A stretch of DNA of 64,000 nucleotides from a virus (taxonomy: Duplodnaviria; Caudoviricetes). The DNA is taken from positions 5,183 through 69,182 of IMG/VR virus record IMGVR_UViG_3300030376_002811. One strand, written 5' to 3'. Under the pieces are notes generated by a model. That model worked only from the letters and a program-made list of their open reading frames with translations. It was not told the origin of the DNA and ran no database searches. Shown one piece after another: positions 17,449-28,533 of this stretch; the stretch's first letter is position 1; each line of letters begins with the position of its first letter. Made by a program: the position numbers and the translations under genes.

Positions 17449-18954
17449 TTACTTAATGTTATACATTGATAAAAGTTCCTCAGTGGTCATATCTTTAAAT
17501 TGTTCTTCTTTTTTAGATATTGGAGCCATAGTTCCGTCAGAAGTTCTAACGTAAGATTGGCCATTTATTTGTAATGTCTCAGCCTGTTCAGCCATTTTCT
17601 CGCCTCGCTTTTTTTCAACTGTATTCTTATAGTTGTTATATAGATTTTGCGTAAAATAACTAGTTAACAATCCTTTTGAAGCTTCTGCATCATAGTTTTC
17701 ATTATCAGGATTTGTTAAAGCGTCTATAAGCATATTCACATCATTTTCCGTTAAATTATCACTCCAGTGCTCTTCATTTTCATCAGCCTCTATTCCTAGC
17801 TCCATAGTTCTTAAATCTGCTCCTAAGTTTTTTAAATCAGGATGCTCTGCTAGGTGATCTTTAAAGCTCTTTGTACCACCAAGCATAGGATCATTCATCA
17901 TGGAATATATGTTACCGTCTTTCACTAAAGCATTAACTTTTTCACCTATACTGTTCATGTCAGGCTCTGGAACATCTTCACCAATACCTATGTCTATATT
18001 TCTAGCGGCTTTCATAATCTCCTGCTGAGCGTCATTAAAACTAACCTGGGCCTTGGTGTCCACGGTGTAGTTGTTTAGCATTTTGTCAAAATCATCAGAA
18101 GTTATCCATCCGTCACCATATTTAACGGCGTAGTCCATACTGCCATCTTCATTTTTTAACACCTTACGCTCCGTGGTAGGAGAGAAAAACGCGTGAGACT
18201 TCTTCATAAACTCAGGATCTTTTAGTGCTCTTTCACTCATAGAACCGTCTGTCCACATAGTGCTAAAATCATTGTTTAGTTCTTTTTGTTTTTGAGTTAC
18301 AGTGCTAAGCGTATTTAGGTCCATCATTCCAGCTCCAGCTTCTTCAGTATCAGGATTGTCTATATTTTTATAATATGCGTCAGCTAATTCTTTTATAAAT
18401 GGCTCTGCGGCTTTATAGTGGCTTTCATTTAAAGCCCCTTCTTGATCTATACCTTGATTAGCAAAGTTTTGACAAGATTTACTTATAGCATCTAACAGTT
18501 TGTCCTGCTCTTTTTGCTTAGCAATTCTTTCATTTTCTTGTTTAAGTAGTTCTTTTTTTAATACTTTTCTTTCTCCTCTCTTTTCTTTTCTAGCAGCCTT
18601 ACGCTCTTCTCTAGTTGCGCCACCTTTCCTAAGATCTTTCATTTCCTGTCGATCTTCTTTTCTAGCCGCGCCCATAGCATCCCTTCGCTCTTTAGTTTGA
18701 GCGTTACGCATTATAGCATAATCCATAAACTTATCGCCAAGAGCACCTATAGCATCCATGCCTTGACTGAAGCCATCTTGCTTTGTAGCATCAGCCATTA
18801 AAGCGTTACCATAAGAGCTCTGCTTTGCAGGCGTTGATGGTTTTTCATGATTCCAACCTTTCTTTTTCAAAGCTAAGTGTTCCTCATAGGTGTTGGCCAT
18901 TTTACTTTCGCCTTTAGGCCCATACATCATGTGTTTTTTAAATTTGTCTGCCAT
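17449..18954 (-). CDS. Putative internal virion protein, 501 aa
   Basis: Helical and charged, located between the giant protein and a pilot-like gene; basic N-terminal extension KFKKHMMYGPKG...EEHLALKKKGWNH. Confidence 0.55.
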   Translation of the reverse strand: MADKFKKHMMYGPKGESKMANTYEEHLALKKKGWNHEKPSTPAKQSSYGNALMADATKQDGFSQGMDAIGALGDKFMDYAIMRNAQTKERRDAMGAARKEDRQEMKDLRKGGATREERKAARKEKRGERKVLKKELLKQENERIAKQKEQDKLLDAISKSCQNFANQGIDQEGALNESHYKAAEPFIKELADAYYKNIDNPDTEEAGAGMMDLNTLSTVTQKQKELNNDFSTMWTDGSMSERALKDPEFMKKSHAFFSPTTERKVLKNEDGSMDYAVKYGDGWITSDDFDKMLNNYTVDTKAQVSFNDAQQEIMKAARNIDIGIGEDVPEPDMNSIGEKVNALVKDGNIYSMMNDPMLGGTKSFKDHLAEHPDLKNLGADLRTMELGIEADENEEHWSDNLTENDVNMLIDALTNPDNENYDAEASKGLLTSYFTQNLYNNYKNTVEKKRGEKMAEQAETLQINGQSYVRTSDGTMAPISKKEEQFKDMTTEELLSMYNIK

Positions 18955-18964
18955 AATTATATTT

Positions 18965-19582
18965 TTAAACTACTCCACCAGTTACAGCCTTAGTTACACC
19001 GCCTGCTGCGCTACTTATACCTGACCACATTTTTGCATCAGCTCTACCCTCAGCGGCAGCGGCAGCGGCCATCTCAGCAGCCTCCATGTCCATCATTGTT
19101 CCAATTTTATTTTGCTCCATTTGTCTACTCATAATCTCACCTTCGCGCTCTTGAGCTTGTATTTGCGCGGAAGCTTTTCTTTCGGCCATTTGATTAGCTG
19201 TCTCCTGCTTGCCAATAGACACCGCTGCTTTTTGAGCGTCAAGAGAACCTTGGTTAGCTAGGGTTTGTGCTAATGCAGCTATACCAGATCCACCAGCAGC
19301 ACCTTTCATGTTAGCCATTATATTAGCTTGGTTTTGTTGTTGAGTCTGTCTAGTGAACTCTGCTTCTTGTTGATTTACAGTTAAGTCTTCCATTTTGTTT
19401 TCCATATTCTTAAATGGATTACTTGTGTCCATTTCTGAAAACTGCTTTTTTCTTAACTCCATCTGTGCTTTGGCAGCCTCCTTTTCAGCTCTCGCTTTCT
19501 TCTTTTGCTTACCGCCAGATATAGCTTTTGCCACACCTGCGCCAACTGTTACCGCCGCTGCACCTACTAATAAAAAACTCAT
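18965..19582 (-). CDS. Putative ejection/DNA pilot protein, 205 aa
   Basis: Gly/Ala-rich hydrophobic termini flanking a Gln/Met/Ala-rich coiled coil, as in podoviral pilot proteins. Confidence 0.55.
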   Translation of the reverse strand: MSFLLVGAAAVTVGAGVAKAISGGKQKKKARAEKEAAKAQMELRKKQFSEMDTSNPFKNMENKMEDLTVNQQEAEFTRQTQQQNQANIMANMKGAAGGSGIAALAQTLANQGSLDAQKAAVSIGKQETANQMAERKASAQIQAQEREGEIMSRQMEQNKIGTMMDMEAAEMAAAAAAEGRADAKMWSGISSAAGGVTKAVTGGVV

Positions 19583-19585
19583 ATC

Positions 19586-20038
19586 TTATTTATTTTTAAT
19601 ATATTCTTCATAATCTTCAAAATCTTTAGCAACAATGTCTTTTTCTAATTGTTGTATGTCTTGTGTGTTTGTCGGGTTTTTGTGTATATTTACAAATATA
19701 CTTTCTTCGTTAGCATATATAACTCTCTTTGTGCCAGGCGTTGCCACCACATAGCAAGGTGCTATATATTCCTCTATATCATCTTCTGTAGCTACAGCTA
19801 TGTTACCCTTTAGTAAAAACCACACATGCAAGTGTTTATGTATAGCTCCTACAACACAAGAACCTTTTCTCATTGACATTTGTCTAACGTATACACCATC
19901 AGCAAACGTGTGTTTTAACGGAAACAACTCGGAGTCTTGATGTGTAACTATATTAACCTCATCAGCGTTAGCCATTAAGTTGTTTTGAAAGTTTAGTATT
20001 TCTTTTCTTTTTGTTTTACGAACCTCGTTTTTAGACAT
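19586..20038 (-). CDS. Cupin-like protein, 150 aa
   Basis: LKHTFADGVYVRQMSMRKGSCVVGAIHKHLHVWFLLKG...PGTKRVIY resembles the cupin-like ORFs common in phage tail modules. Confidence 0.6.
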   Translation of the reverse strand: MSKNEVRKTKRKEILNFQNNLMANADEVNIVTHQDSELFPLKHTFADGVYVRQMSMRKGSCVVGAIHKHLHVWFLLKGNIAVATEDDIEEYIAPCYVVATPGTKRVIYANEESIFVNIHKNPTNTQDIQQLEKDIVAKDFEDYEEYIKNK

Positions 20039-20063
20039 ATAATTAAATTTCTATTTAACTATA

Positions 20064-20088
20064 ATTACACTTATTGATGATTATTTAC
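20064..20088 (-). promoter_or_regulatory. Candidate late promoter GTAA-N16-GTAAT
   Basis: GTAA ataatcatcaataagt GTAATTATA upstream of 20038; same spacing at three other late-gene starts. Confidence 0.45.
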
Positions 20089-20440
20089 TACTTTCAAACG
20101 TTCCTACGCTAACCTGAAACAGCTCTGCGTAGTCTGTAGATGTGTTTACCATTTTAGCTTGAGCAAAATAACCTAGTAAAGATGACAATGAAGCAGAGTT
20201 GTTTTTAGTGAAAAGTATAAAGTCAGTTGCCGTTGGATAGTTAACAGCGGGTAAAGCTGTGTCTACAGTTATAGAGTTATTAGCAAATGTTACCGCTGTT
20301 ATCGAACCTATTTCTACAATGCTAGCGTGAGCTCCTACTGGAAACTGACCTGAGTTGGCTGTCGGTACGTAATAAGCCGTGTCACCTATAGCACAAGATA
20401 TATTTACGTTTGCTGGAAATGTTAATGTTAATAGTGGCAT
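20081..20440 (-). CDS. Tail-associated hypothetical protein, 119 aa
   Basis: Directly downstream of the large tail gene; beta-rich. Confidence 0.55.
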   Translation of the reverse strand: MPLLTLTFPANVNISCAIGDTAYYVPTANSGQFPVGAHASIVEIGSITAVTFANNSITVDTALPAVNYPTATDFILFTKNNSASLSSLLGYFAQAKMVNTSTDYAELFQVSVGTFESSK

Positions 20441-20442
20441 AG

Positions 20443-23400
20443 TTAAGTTATTAATGAATCAATATTAAACGTCAAGGCTAAAGGAGATGTAAATTTACTC
20501 ACGTCACCTATTTTAAAATATCCATATATTCTAGCGTTGTTACCCTCGTTAATTACTTTGTTTATTTCAAGGTCAACCTCTGTTCCACCGTTGGTGGTTG
20601 CGTTGAAATCAGCGCTTTTTATCAACTTATAATTGTTCAGATGTAGATTTGGATCTACTAATATAGATATTACCCTAGAAGTGCTAGGAGTTATTATGAA
20701 GTTAAACTCGTGGTACACGTAGCCATCGTTATATAAGTTGTAAAATTTGCCATTAGCGTCTGAATAGTCGTAATATTTTGTAGAATCAGAAGATGTTGGT
20801 CTCTTAGTAGTCTTTATTATTCTAGGCGTAACAGCGTAAGTGCTCACGGCTGGCATTGAACCAAAGTCTCCTGCGCTTGTTGTTGGAGCTAAAGTTATAT
20901 TCATATCACCCTTTTGTATTATACTACGCTTAGAGCTAGATATTGGTAATCCAGATTTTATAGTATCTCCACCTGCGTTTTGCGTAAGCCATATAGTGTA
21001 TGTTATATCAGAACTAGCGGCACCGTAGTTCACGTAGCACGTGCTAACCAAACTAGTTCCTACCGTAACATCTTTATCAGCGGCACCAGATTGAAACGCA
21101 TTGGTAGCAAAATTGTAGTAGTGGTTGTCACTACTTCTTTGAACATTTATTTTACAACCCGCTGTAGATTGATTACCCGTAACAGATATAGTCATTCTTC
21201 CACCTTTTTTGTCTAACGTTTTGTCAACGCTGAAACCTGTTATCTCGTCCGTAACGGCTCCTGTTATAGCTTGTTCTTCGTATTTCAATCCTATCACTAT
21301 AGGATTTTGAGCAGCAAACTCGTCTACAGTCATAACTGTTCCATCATCATTTGTGTGGTAAGGATCTCCATAGGCAGGTGCCGTGTAGTATCCGTATACT
21401 CTCCAGGATGTTACCAAACCGCTAGAGTTTGTTACAGCTGGACTTGTTACAAAGTTCCAGTCACCAGTTTCAGCCTCTACTATTGTATTTTGTTCAGCTC
21501 TTCTATCTACAAAGCTTTCGGGTAGATAATTGAACAAGTTTGCCTCTACTCCTTCAATGTACTTGTTTGAACCAGCAGCTATTGTAACATCAAAGACTAA
21601 AGTTTCAACACCTGGAACAACTGTTCTAGAAACTCTTCTCGATGTCATGTTAGGTATAGACGTTAATGCCGAGCCGTATGTTGTGCCAGTAACAGCGTTT
21701 TCGGTATAAGTTACTGTCGAGTTAGCAAAGGCGGTTTGAGCAGTTCTAGATGTATCTAGTCTAGTTGAAAATCTATTATCATTTACTCTAGCTAAGTCAG
21801 CTGATATTGGAACATCTACTAAGTCTGCGCTTGCTATAACCAAAGGTAAGGTGAAACTAGTATCATCATTAGGAGTTGCCGAGGAAAAAGTTACAGTTAC
21901 CGTGTATCCAGAATTTAAAGGATTTGTATTTGTTATAACAACCTGAGCTATACCAGCTGGTAAGTTAGATGTATAAGTTCTAGAGTTGGCGTCATCAGCA
22001 GAAGGAGACGCTCCCGTTATGGTTACCGTATTATCTATTGTTGCGGCATCTTCAAAGCCCGCTGCGCTAGAGAAAGTAAACACGTGGGTGACAGTATTTA
22101 TGTTATCACCTACTGTAATATTATTTCCTTTTATTAGTTGATCTGGCTCCACTTGGTTAACTCCTGCACCGCTAAGACTTAAGGTGGTGGCAATAGCTAT
22201 TTTTTCGCCCGCTAAACCACCAGCTTGCGCGCTTATTCCAACTGTAGCATAACCTATACCTTGCGTTGTAAACTCTCTTTCATCTAAATTACTTAAACTT
22301 GTTTCTACACCGTATATAGCATTAAACCACTTACCTTCTTTATTTAAAAACTCAGGAACTTCACCCTCTTGCAAATCTGAAACAATGCTATCGCAGTGCC
22401 AACCAGTTTTTGCGGTTAAGTTGTAATACTCGCCATCATCGTAAGTAACACCATCAATAGCTTGAGTTATAAATTGATCTATTTTAGCTTGCGTGCCTTC
22501 ATAGTTCATTGTGTTGTAGCTCTTAACAGCCGTAGGCATATCATTGAACATTATGTCAACGCTAGCAAAACTAGAGCTATTAGGGGTAGCACCGTAAAAA
22601 CTACAATGAGTATTATTCGAGTGATGTTCCCACATACTACCATCTTTCCATGTAAAGTATCTATTGTTTAAGCTTAAGCCTTGCTCTGGATAGAAAGTTT
22701 TAAAACTTGACCAACCCTTTGACTTTTCGCTATAAGTTATGGTTTGACTTGTATATAGGCCAGCGTTTTTGATACGCTTGTTTTTAGTATTTATATATAA
22801 GTTGTAATTTGATTTCTTTTCATCGTAACTACCTATACATCTATGAAGAAAAGAATTTTTTAATAAGTCAGAGAAGTAATCAGACATTCCTACTTGAGAT
22901 ATAGGTGCCATTGCGTCGCCTTTCATTTGCATCACAGATCCTCTTTGTGAATCAACAAAGTAACAGTTTGTAGCATAAGCAGCAAATGATTCTGGATTAG
23001 TTGATATTCCGTAATCACCCATTATCGGTATAGCTTGACCTAAAACATTTGCGCTAGCCGTAACGTTACTACTACCGTCAGCGTTAAATAAAGCGTCTTT
23101 ATTAGCTTGTATTTTTAACACTTTATCTTCACAGAACGTTAATAGATTTGTTTCTCTAGTATAAAGTTTTTGTATACTACCGTAGTCTGGGTTTAAATCT
23201 TTTGTTATCTTTTCTGCAGCTATAAATTGATTTGTATCATTTACACCTGACGTAGAATTGTATATACCAGAGTAAATTAAACCTGATTTTCTACGCTCTT
23301 CTCTATAAGGTGTTGCCACTGTACTAGATGCTTTAACACCATTTACCAACTTTGTTAAGTTAAATCCATCTCTTACTCGATCAGACTCTACACCATTACC

Positions 23401-26400
23401 AAATGATATACAGTTCCACCAAGCTGGTATTGTTCTTTGTCCATGTTGTTGATAAGTCCCACCAGAACCACCATGTAGTAGCACGTTGTCAACGTTGTTT
23501 TGCGCTCCATCAACAGCTACATAAACTAAACCACCATAAGTTGTGTATATTGCTACTGTTTCTAAGTCAGCAAAAGATAACGTTGTTGTAGCCGCTCCAG
23601 AAGGAACTTCCTCTTGATGAAAATGCATCGTCGTAGTACTCCAACTTTCTATAAAATATTTCACCCCGCCTTTGAAAAACCAAGAACCTACAGGCGCTAA
23701 CATTTCGTTTGTATCGGCTGTTATGTTCATTGGATACGTAGGTCCCATTTCATAGTAAATATCTAAACCTACATCCTCTTTAGGTTCAGTTTCCCATATA
23801 GCAGGATTACTAACATACTCTTTGGTTTCGTCTTCTGATGGATCAAATATATCTAAAAATTCCATAGTTAGATAGTTGTTGGCCCAATCATCTAGTCCAG
23901 CAAAGTTATAAGGTCTTCCAACACTACTCTGTCCCTGCACGACTACCGCTGCTCCAGTTTCGTCTACAGCGTTAATAGTTGGATGAAAACGGTGTGTAGT
24001 TGTGTCACCAAATCCAAAACCAGGATTATTTAATGGTTGAAACTTCAGCGACCACCTAACTCTTCTATTTGATGTGTAGTGTTCACTATTACCAGATGTA
24101 CTGTAGTTTTTTATTTCAATCTGCTTTTCAGTTCTTATTATTTCGTAAACTTGTTTGTCAGGATCTTCTCTCCATCTAAACTTGGCACCTACAGTGTCAC
24201 ATAATTGTGCCCAACCCCAGTCGTCTTGTTCGTCAGGATTACCTTCTATGTCAAAACTAGTAGGCTCTCCTGATGATCCAGTTTTTCTTATACCAAACTT
24301 AGATAAGTGCATAACGTTGTGAGCAAGATTTATTCCAGTACCACCTCTATAAAGATCGGCTGGATCAGTACCTGCTACAGCATTTCCAGTTCCAGATCTA
24401 CCATTCGCGCCAGTTTTGTCTCCAGATCCTTGAACTCTTGATCCGTCATTCACTCTGTCTCCTCCGTAACTATAACCCTGTTGATCCCTGTGTATGCCTC
24501 GGCCAGCACCACCCTTGGCGGCCATTTCGTTATCTATAAACCATTTTCCGTTTTGATCTTTAAACCAACCTTCAGAAGAAGTTTCCTGGGTGCTATAACT
24601 AGAGCCAAGCATTGATGTATCGTAAGGTGTTCCAATATAACCACCGCTACCAGTTGTGTTTTCTTGAGTAGCATCACCATTCCAGTAAATATAGTTATCA
24701 GGAGGATTATAGCCGTCATCAACCTGTAACGATTGAGAAAAGTCAATATGTGACTTAGCATGATATATTCTCCTAGACATGTTAACGCTATATTGACTTG
24801 CTGGTTGCGCTCCTAAAACGTTTTCTTCTAGCACTAAGTCTCTATATATTTTAACAAAAAACTTACCATCGAACTCAGGTCTATTCTCTACTATTTCTCT
24901 TCTAAATTCCATTTGGTGAGCAACAGCGCTAGCAAACGAGTTAGCTGTGGAAGTTATGTCCATATCAGTTCCAAACTTACCGTCTATTTTTATGTCGTAA
25001 TAGTTTAGACTGGTGTTATTTGAATCTGGAACAACCAAGGATATTTTAACTACTTGATACCAATCAGAAGCGTCGTCACCAACGACAGATCTAAAGAAAA
25101 GCTCACCATCCATAGCAAACTTTTGCAAGTCGTTTTCACCATTGCTAACACCAAAAGCAGAGTCTAAAGTAGACTGCAGCACATATACGTATGTCAAATC
25201 TGGTAGAGGATACCCACTAGACTGAAACCCTGAAGAAGGCGCAGTACCCAAGCCCATTCGATTTATTTTTATAAAATCAGGTGCATCAGGTGATATAGCT
25301 AATATTTTATATCTTGCTTTGTCTGTAACCGGCTGGCTTGTTCCGTGTTTTTTCTTAAGTATTAAGTAAGTGTCTATATCTACTTTATTTCTTTCAGCAG
25401 AAGGAAATGAAATCCATATATTACCATCTTCAGCATTATACCAGCGATCCATCGCTAGGTTGTAATACTCGTTAGACGTTTCTTTAATATAATACTTATA
25501 ATGTGTTGCCCAGCTAGGAGCGTTGTGTAAATTTTGTATTCTTATTCTGTTTTCTCTAGGTGCATAACTTTTTTCTAAGTATATAGAACCAGATTTTTTG
25601 TCAGTTAACACCGGCGTCTCTCTACCAAATCTATCACAGTAAACAATACCTACCTGATAGTTTCTTAAACTTTTTACACTCTTAGCAGGAGATTGGCCAT
25701 CGGATGGTAGTGCATAGTTCCAGAAATCTATATTAAATTCTGGTTTTATCTCTCTACCCGCGTATTTTAAATCGTAGTTTTGGACATAATTACCATACAC
25801 AATTCTGTTACCAGTAACCTCTTGCGCTAAAGCTTTTCTAGGAACATTATCCCAAGGTCTTAGCATTTGGTTAGACGGCACTACAGCGTGTATCATTTCA
25901 GAGGTTATCTCTAATTCACCCCTAGCTGCTGGATTAGTTTGTAGGTTTGGAAATATTAAATTACCAGGAGCTGCTACCGTAAAGTCACTTCTGCTTAACG
26001 TTTTTACAGTGTAAACTGTTGGTGAACTATCCTCCTTGTACAATATGTCAACTTCTACTATATCTTCTGGTATAGCGCCTCTCTCAACGAGATAGTCTTT
26101 AATAAATAACTGTCTAAGATTATTTACCATACCTAAGTTGTAACCTTTCTTAGGCTCATAGTCAAAACCTTCCATTAAGAAAGCAGGTTGAGACCAAGGT
26201 GAAAAAGGTGAGTATTCACCATCAGTGTATTTGTATCTATATGCAAACCTAGGAAACTTTGTTATAAACATAGCTTCAGGTCTTTCCAAGTTGAACCAAT
26301 ATTGTTCGCTTGAGCCAGACAGCGTGCTAGTTGTTGATATAGCTAGAACAGTAAATGTAAAATTTGTAAGGAGGTTGTTTGGATTACCCACGCCGGCGGT

Positions 26401-27621
26401 AACTTCGTATCTTATTAAGAAGTCTGTAAAATTTGACGGATCTGTTGGTTGTTCGTCTGTAACTAATACAACGTCACCAACTCTCCAATCACAAGCAGTG
26501 TCAACTGTTATTGTTATAGTATCTCCAGCGACAATATTTGTACCACCAACCTGGTGAACACCAGTATATGTTGAAGATGTGTTATTTACTATGCCAGTAG
26601 TTGTATTTCTTCTACCTAGCTTTTCGGAAGACATTCTTAGTGTAGGTGGAGTTTTAGGTGCTTTTCTAATAACTGTTATCTCATCTAATCCACACCAGAT
26701 AGGTTTGCTTTCATCTGATTCATACTTACATCTTATAAGCATTAAAGGGTTAAACTCACCATATAGTCTAGTTTGAAAGTCTGTATTAGTGCCGTTATTA
26801 TTAGTTGTATTACTTGGAGGTAAAGCGGTTGCACCACCTGTTCCAGCAATACCTCTTGTTATATTTACTTTTTTAGGCTCAGTCCAGTTATCTGTCCAGA
26901 AAAGTAAATCATCTATAATGTTTATAGCTGTTATTTTGTTAAAAGGAGTAAAGTGTAAAGCTCTTTCAAAGTTAAATACTATTTGAGTGTTTACCGGTAT
27001 ATTGAAAGCTAAATCACTATCTAGTTTGACAACAGTGCTACTATAATTAGTTGTACCGTTTGTAAAAGTGTCTAATACTGTAGCATGTTGTGTTACTTGA
27101 CCCGCTATGTTCCAACTAACTTTCATTCCATTTCTTATGTACTTATTGTCGGAAAAAGTAAGGTATGCTTGACCAGAGTTACATTGAGCACTAACGGTAA
27201 CAAAAACTTGATAATTGTCTACAAAAACATACTTATGCGTATCATCATCAGTATTGTACTCTAGTATAAAGTCTTGATTTACAAAACCGTGCTGAGTGTC
27301 TTCCACACTGCTACCGATATAGAATTTTCTTGGATTGTGTATTAGCGAGTATATTTTATTATTTTTTTCATCAGCTATGACACCTACACAAATTGGGTTG
27401 CGATCACTTTCGTCTCCCATTGCCGACAACGGCGTGGCTGATATAACACCATCAGTTCTTTCAGTATTACCCATTACAGACTGAACAGATCCAACGTTAG
27501 ATCCTTCAGAAGTTGAAACTTCTATATTATTCGCGTCTCTATACTCTCCAGGCTTTACTAGTCGTTCGTCAAGATCTTTATTCATCTTTCCGCCCGAGAA
27601 ATTACGTTTCATTTCTGACAT
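20443..27621 (-). CDS. Large tail protein (nozzle/stabilisation-type), 2392 aa
   Basis: N-terminus KRNFSGGKMNKDLDERLVKPGEYRDANNIEVSTSEG and core FGNGVESDRVRD...YSGIYNSTSGVNDTNQF...LNPDYGSIQKL resemble crAss-like tail stabilisation proteins; T/S/G-rich C-terminal extension. Confidence 0.7.
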   Translation of the reverse strand: MSEMKRNFSGGKMNKDLDERLVKPGEYRDANNIEVSTSEGSNVGSVQSVMGNTERTDGVISATPLSAMGDESDRNPICVGVIADEKNNKIYSLIHNPRKFYIGSSVEDTQHGFVNQDFILEYNTDDDTHKYVFVDNYQVFVTVSAQCNSGQAYLTFSDNKYIRNGMKVSWNIAGQVTQHATVLDTFTNGTTNYSSTVVKLDSDLAFNIPVNTQIVFNFERALHFTPFNKITAINIIDDLLFWTDNWTEPKKVNITRGIAGTGGATALPPSNTTNNNGTNTDFQTRLYGEFNPLMLIRCKYESDESKPIWCGLDEITVIRKAPKTPPTLRMSSEKLGRRNTTTGIVNNTSSTYTGVHQVGGTNIVAGDTITITVDTACDWRVGDVVLVTDEQPTDPSNFTDFLIRYEVTAGVGNPNNLLTNFTFTVLAISTTSTLSGSSEQYWFNLERPEAMFITKFPRFAYRYKYTDGEYSPFSPWSQPAFLMEGFDYEPKKGYNLGMVNNLRQLFIKDYLVERGAIPEDIVEVDILYKEDSSPTVYTVKTLSRSDFTVAAPGNLIFPNLQTNPAARGELEITSEMIHAVVPSNQMLRPWDNVPRKALAQEVTGNRIVYGNYVQNYDLKYAGREIKPEFNIDFWNYALPSDGQSPAKSVKSLRNYQVGIVYCDRFGRETPVLTDKKSGSIYLEKSYAPRENRIRIQNLHNAPSWATHYKYYIKETSNEYYNLAMDRWYNAEDGNIWISFPSAERNKVDIDTYLILKKKHGTSQPVTDKARYKILAISPDAPDFIKINRMGLGTAPSSGFQSSGYPLPDLTYVYVLQSTLDSAFGVSNGENDLQKFAMDGELFFRSVVGDDASDWYQVVKISLVVPDSNNTSLNYYDIKIDGKFGTDMDITSTANSFASAVAHQMEFRREIVENRPEFDGKFFVKIYRDLVLEENVLGAQPASQYSVNMSRRIYHAKSHIDFSQSLQVDDGYNPPDNYIYWNGDATQENTTGSGGYIGTPYDTSMLGSSYSTQETSSEGWFKDQNGKWFIDNEMAAKGGAGRGIHRDQQGYSYGGDRVNDGSRVQGSGDKTGANGRSGTGNAVAGTDPADLYRGGTGINLAHNVMHLSKFGIRKTGSSGEPTSFDIEGNPDEQDDWGWAQLCDTVGAKFRWREDPDKQVYEIIRTEKQIEIKNYSTSGNSEHYTSNRRVRWSLKFQPLNNPGFGFGDTTTHRFHPTINAVDETGAAVVVQGQSSVGRPYNFAGLDDWANNYLTMEFLDIFDPSEDETKEYVSNPAIWETEPKEDVGLDIYYEMGPTYPMNITADTNEMLAPVGSWFFKGGVKYFIESWSTTTMHFHQEEVPSGAATTTLSFADLETVAIYTTYGGLVYVAVDGAQNNVDNVLLHGGSGGTYQQHGQRTIPAWWNCISFGNGVESDRVRDGFNLTKLVNGVKASSTVATPYREERRKSGLIYSGIYNSTSGVNDTNQFIAAEKITKDLNPDYGSIQKLYTRETNLLTFCEDKVLKIQANKDALFNADGSSNVTASANVLGQAIPIMGDYGISTNPESFAAYATNCYFVDSQRGSVMQMKGDAMAPISQVGMSDYFSDLLKNSFLHRCIGSYDEKKSNYNLYINTKNKRIKNAGLYTSQTITYSEKSKGWSSFKTFYPEQGLSLNNRYFTWKDGSMWEHHSNNTHCSFYGATPNSSSFASVDIMFNDMPTAVKSYNTMNYEGTQAKIDQFITQAIDGVTYDDGEYYNLTAKTGWHCDSIVSDLQEGEVPEFLNKEGKWFNAIYGVETSLSNLDEREFTTQGIGYATVGISAQAGGLAGEKIAIATTLSLSGAGVNQVEPDQLIKGNNITVGDNINTVTHVFTFSSAAGFEDAATIDNTVTITGASPSADDANSRTYTSNLPAGIAQVVITNTNPLNSGYTVTVTFSSATPNDDTSFTLPLVIASADLVDVPISADLARVNDNRFSTRLDTSRTAQTAFANSTVTYTENAVTGTTYGSALTSIPNMTSRRVSRTVVPGVETLVFDVTIAAGSNKYIEGVEANLFNYLPESFVDRRAEQNTIVEAETGDWNFVTSPAVTNSSGLVTSWRVYGYYTAPAYGDPYHTNDDGTVMTVDEFAAQNPIVIGLKYEEQAITGAVTDEITGFSVDKTLDKKGGRMTISVTGNQSTAGCKINVQRSSDNHYYNFATNAFQSGAADKDVTVGTSLVSTCYVNYGAASSDITYTIWLTQNAGGDTIKSGLPISSSKRSIIQKGDMNITLAPTTSAGDFGSMPAVSTYAVTPRIIKTTKRPTSSDSTKYYDYSDANGKFYNLYNDGYVYHEFNFIITPSTSRVISILVDPNLHLNNYKLIKSADFNATTNGGTEVDLEINKVINEGNNARIYGYFKIGDVSKFTSPLALTFNIDSLIT

Positions 27622-27627
27622 ACGGTA

Positions 27628-28530
27628 TTAGTGTTTAATTATTTTTGAGCTACCTCTTAGTATTTGAGTAATCTCTTCTATTTTAATGTTTGAAAGTCTT
27701 ATTTTAGCTTTTCTAGTTTCAGCAAATCTTTCTTTTTTTATCAATGCTAGTCTACCTCCATCGGTAGAAGTTAGAGCTGATAAGCATCCATAAGCTATAT
27801 GTTTATAACAAGCTTCTTCAGCAAATTTATGAATAATAGCTGCACCGTGAGTTATACTATCACTGTCAGCAGAATAACCTAAGCCATCGCTTATATATTC
27901 TAATATTAATGTTTTACCAGCTAAGTTCGAGCTAAAGTATATTTTACCCAATATAGTATCTATAAAGTAAGATCCATTTATTTGAGCGTGAGCTGGATCG
28001 ATGCCATACCTAGAGCCAAACACATCTTTCAGCGTTTCATCATCATGACTAGTTACGTTTTGTGTTGGTGTTTGAGATTGATATTTAGAAAGTGTATCTG
28101 ATGTTTCGTCGCTATCTAAAACGTTAGCTGTAAAGCTATAAGTATCAGTAGCAGCGTCATAACCTATATCTGTAGGGTTTGATGTAACTCTAGCAGGATA
28201 TATAACGTGCTCGACTCCAGCAGTATCACTCCAGGAAAGCTTAACATGTCCAACATAATCTCTAGGCATAAGCATAGACAGTGTGTTTGGAACCTCTAGC
28301 TCTTGTGTTTTCACAGATCTTAAAGTATCATAGCTCAACTCTTGAAATGCTCTTGTCGCGTGAAAATATACATCGTTAGGGTGTACGTTTTGGCAAATCT
28401 TACCATCACCAACGTATGTAGCTATAAACGTCTCTACTATTTCTTCTAGAGTTAAAAATTGATACAACCCGTGATCGCCACCACCTACGTAGTAACCAGC
28501 ATCATTTGCATTTGGAAGTGTTATAGGCAT
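27628..28530 (-). CDS. Tail ring/tubular (head-tail connector) protein, 300 aa
   Basis: Sits between the capsid-linked genes and the tail; motif RAFQELSYDTLRSVK...MPRDYVGHVKLSW. Confidence 0.55.
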   Translation of the reverse strand: MPITLPNANDAGYYVGGGDHGLYQFLTLEEIVETFIATYVGDGKICQNVHPNDVYFHATRAFQELSYDTLRSVKTQELEVPNTLSMLMPRDYVGHVKLSWSDTAGVEHVIYPARVTSNPTDIGYDAATDTYSFTANVLDSDETSDTLSKYQSQTPTQNVTSHDDETLKDVFGSRYGIDPAHAQINGSYFIDTILGKIYFSSNLAGKTLILEYISDGLGYSADSDSITHGAAIIHKFAEEACYKHIAYGCLSALTSTDGGRLALIKKERFAETRKAKIRLSNIKIEEITQILRGSSKIIKH

Positions 28531-28533
28531 ATT

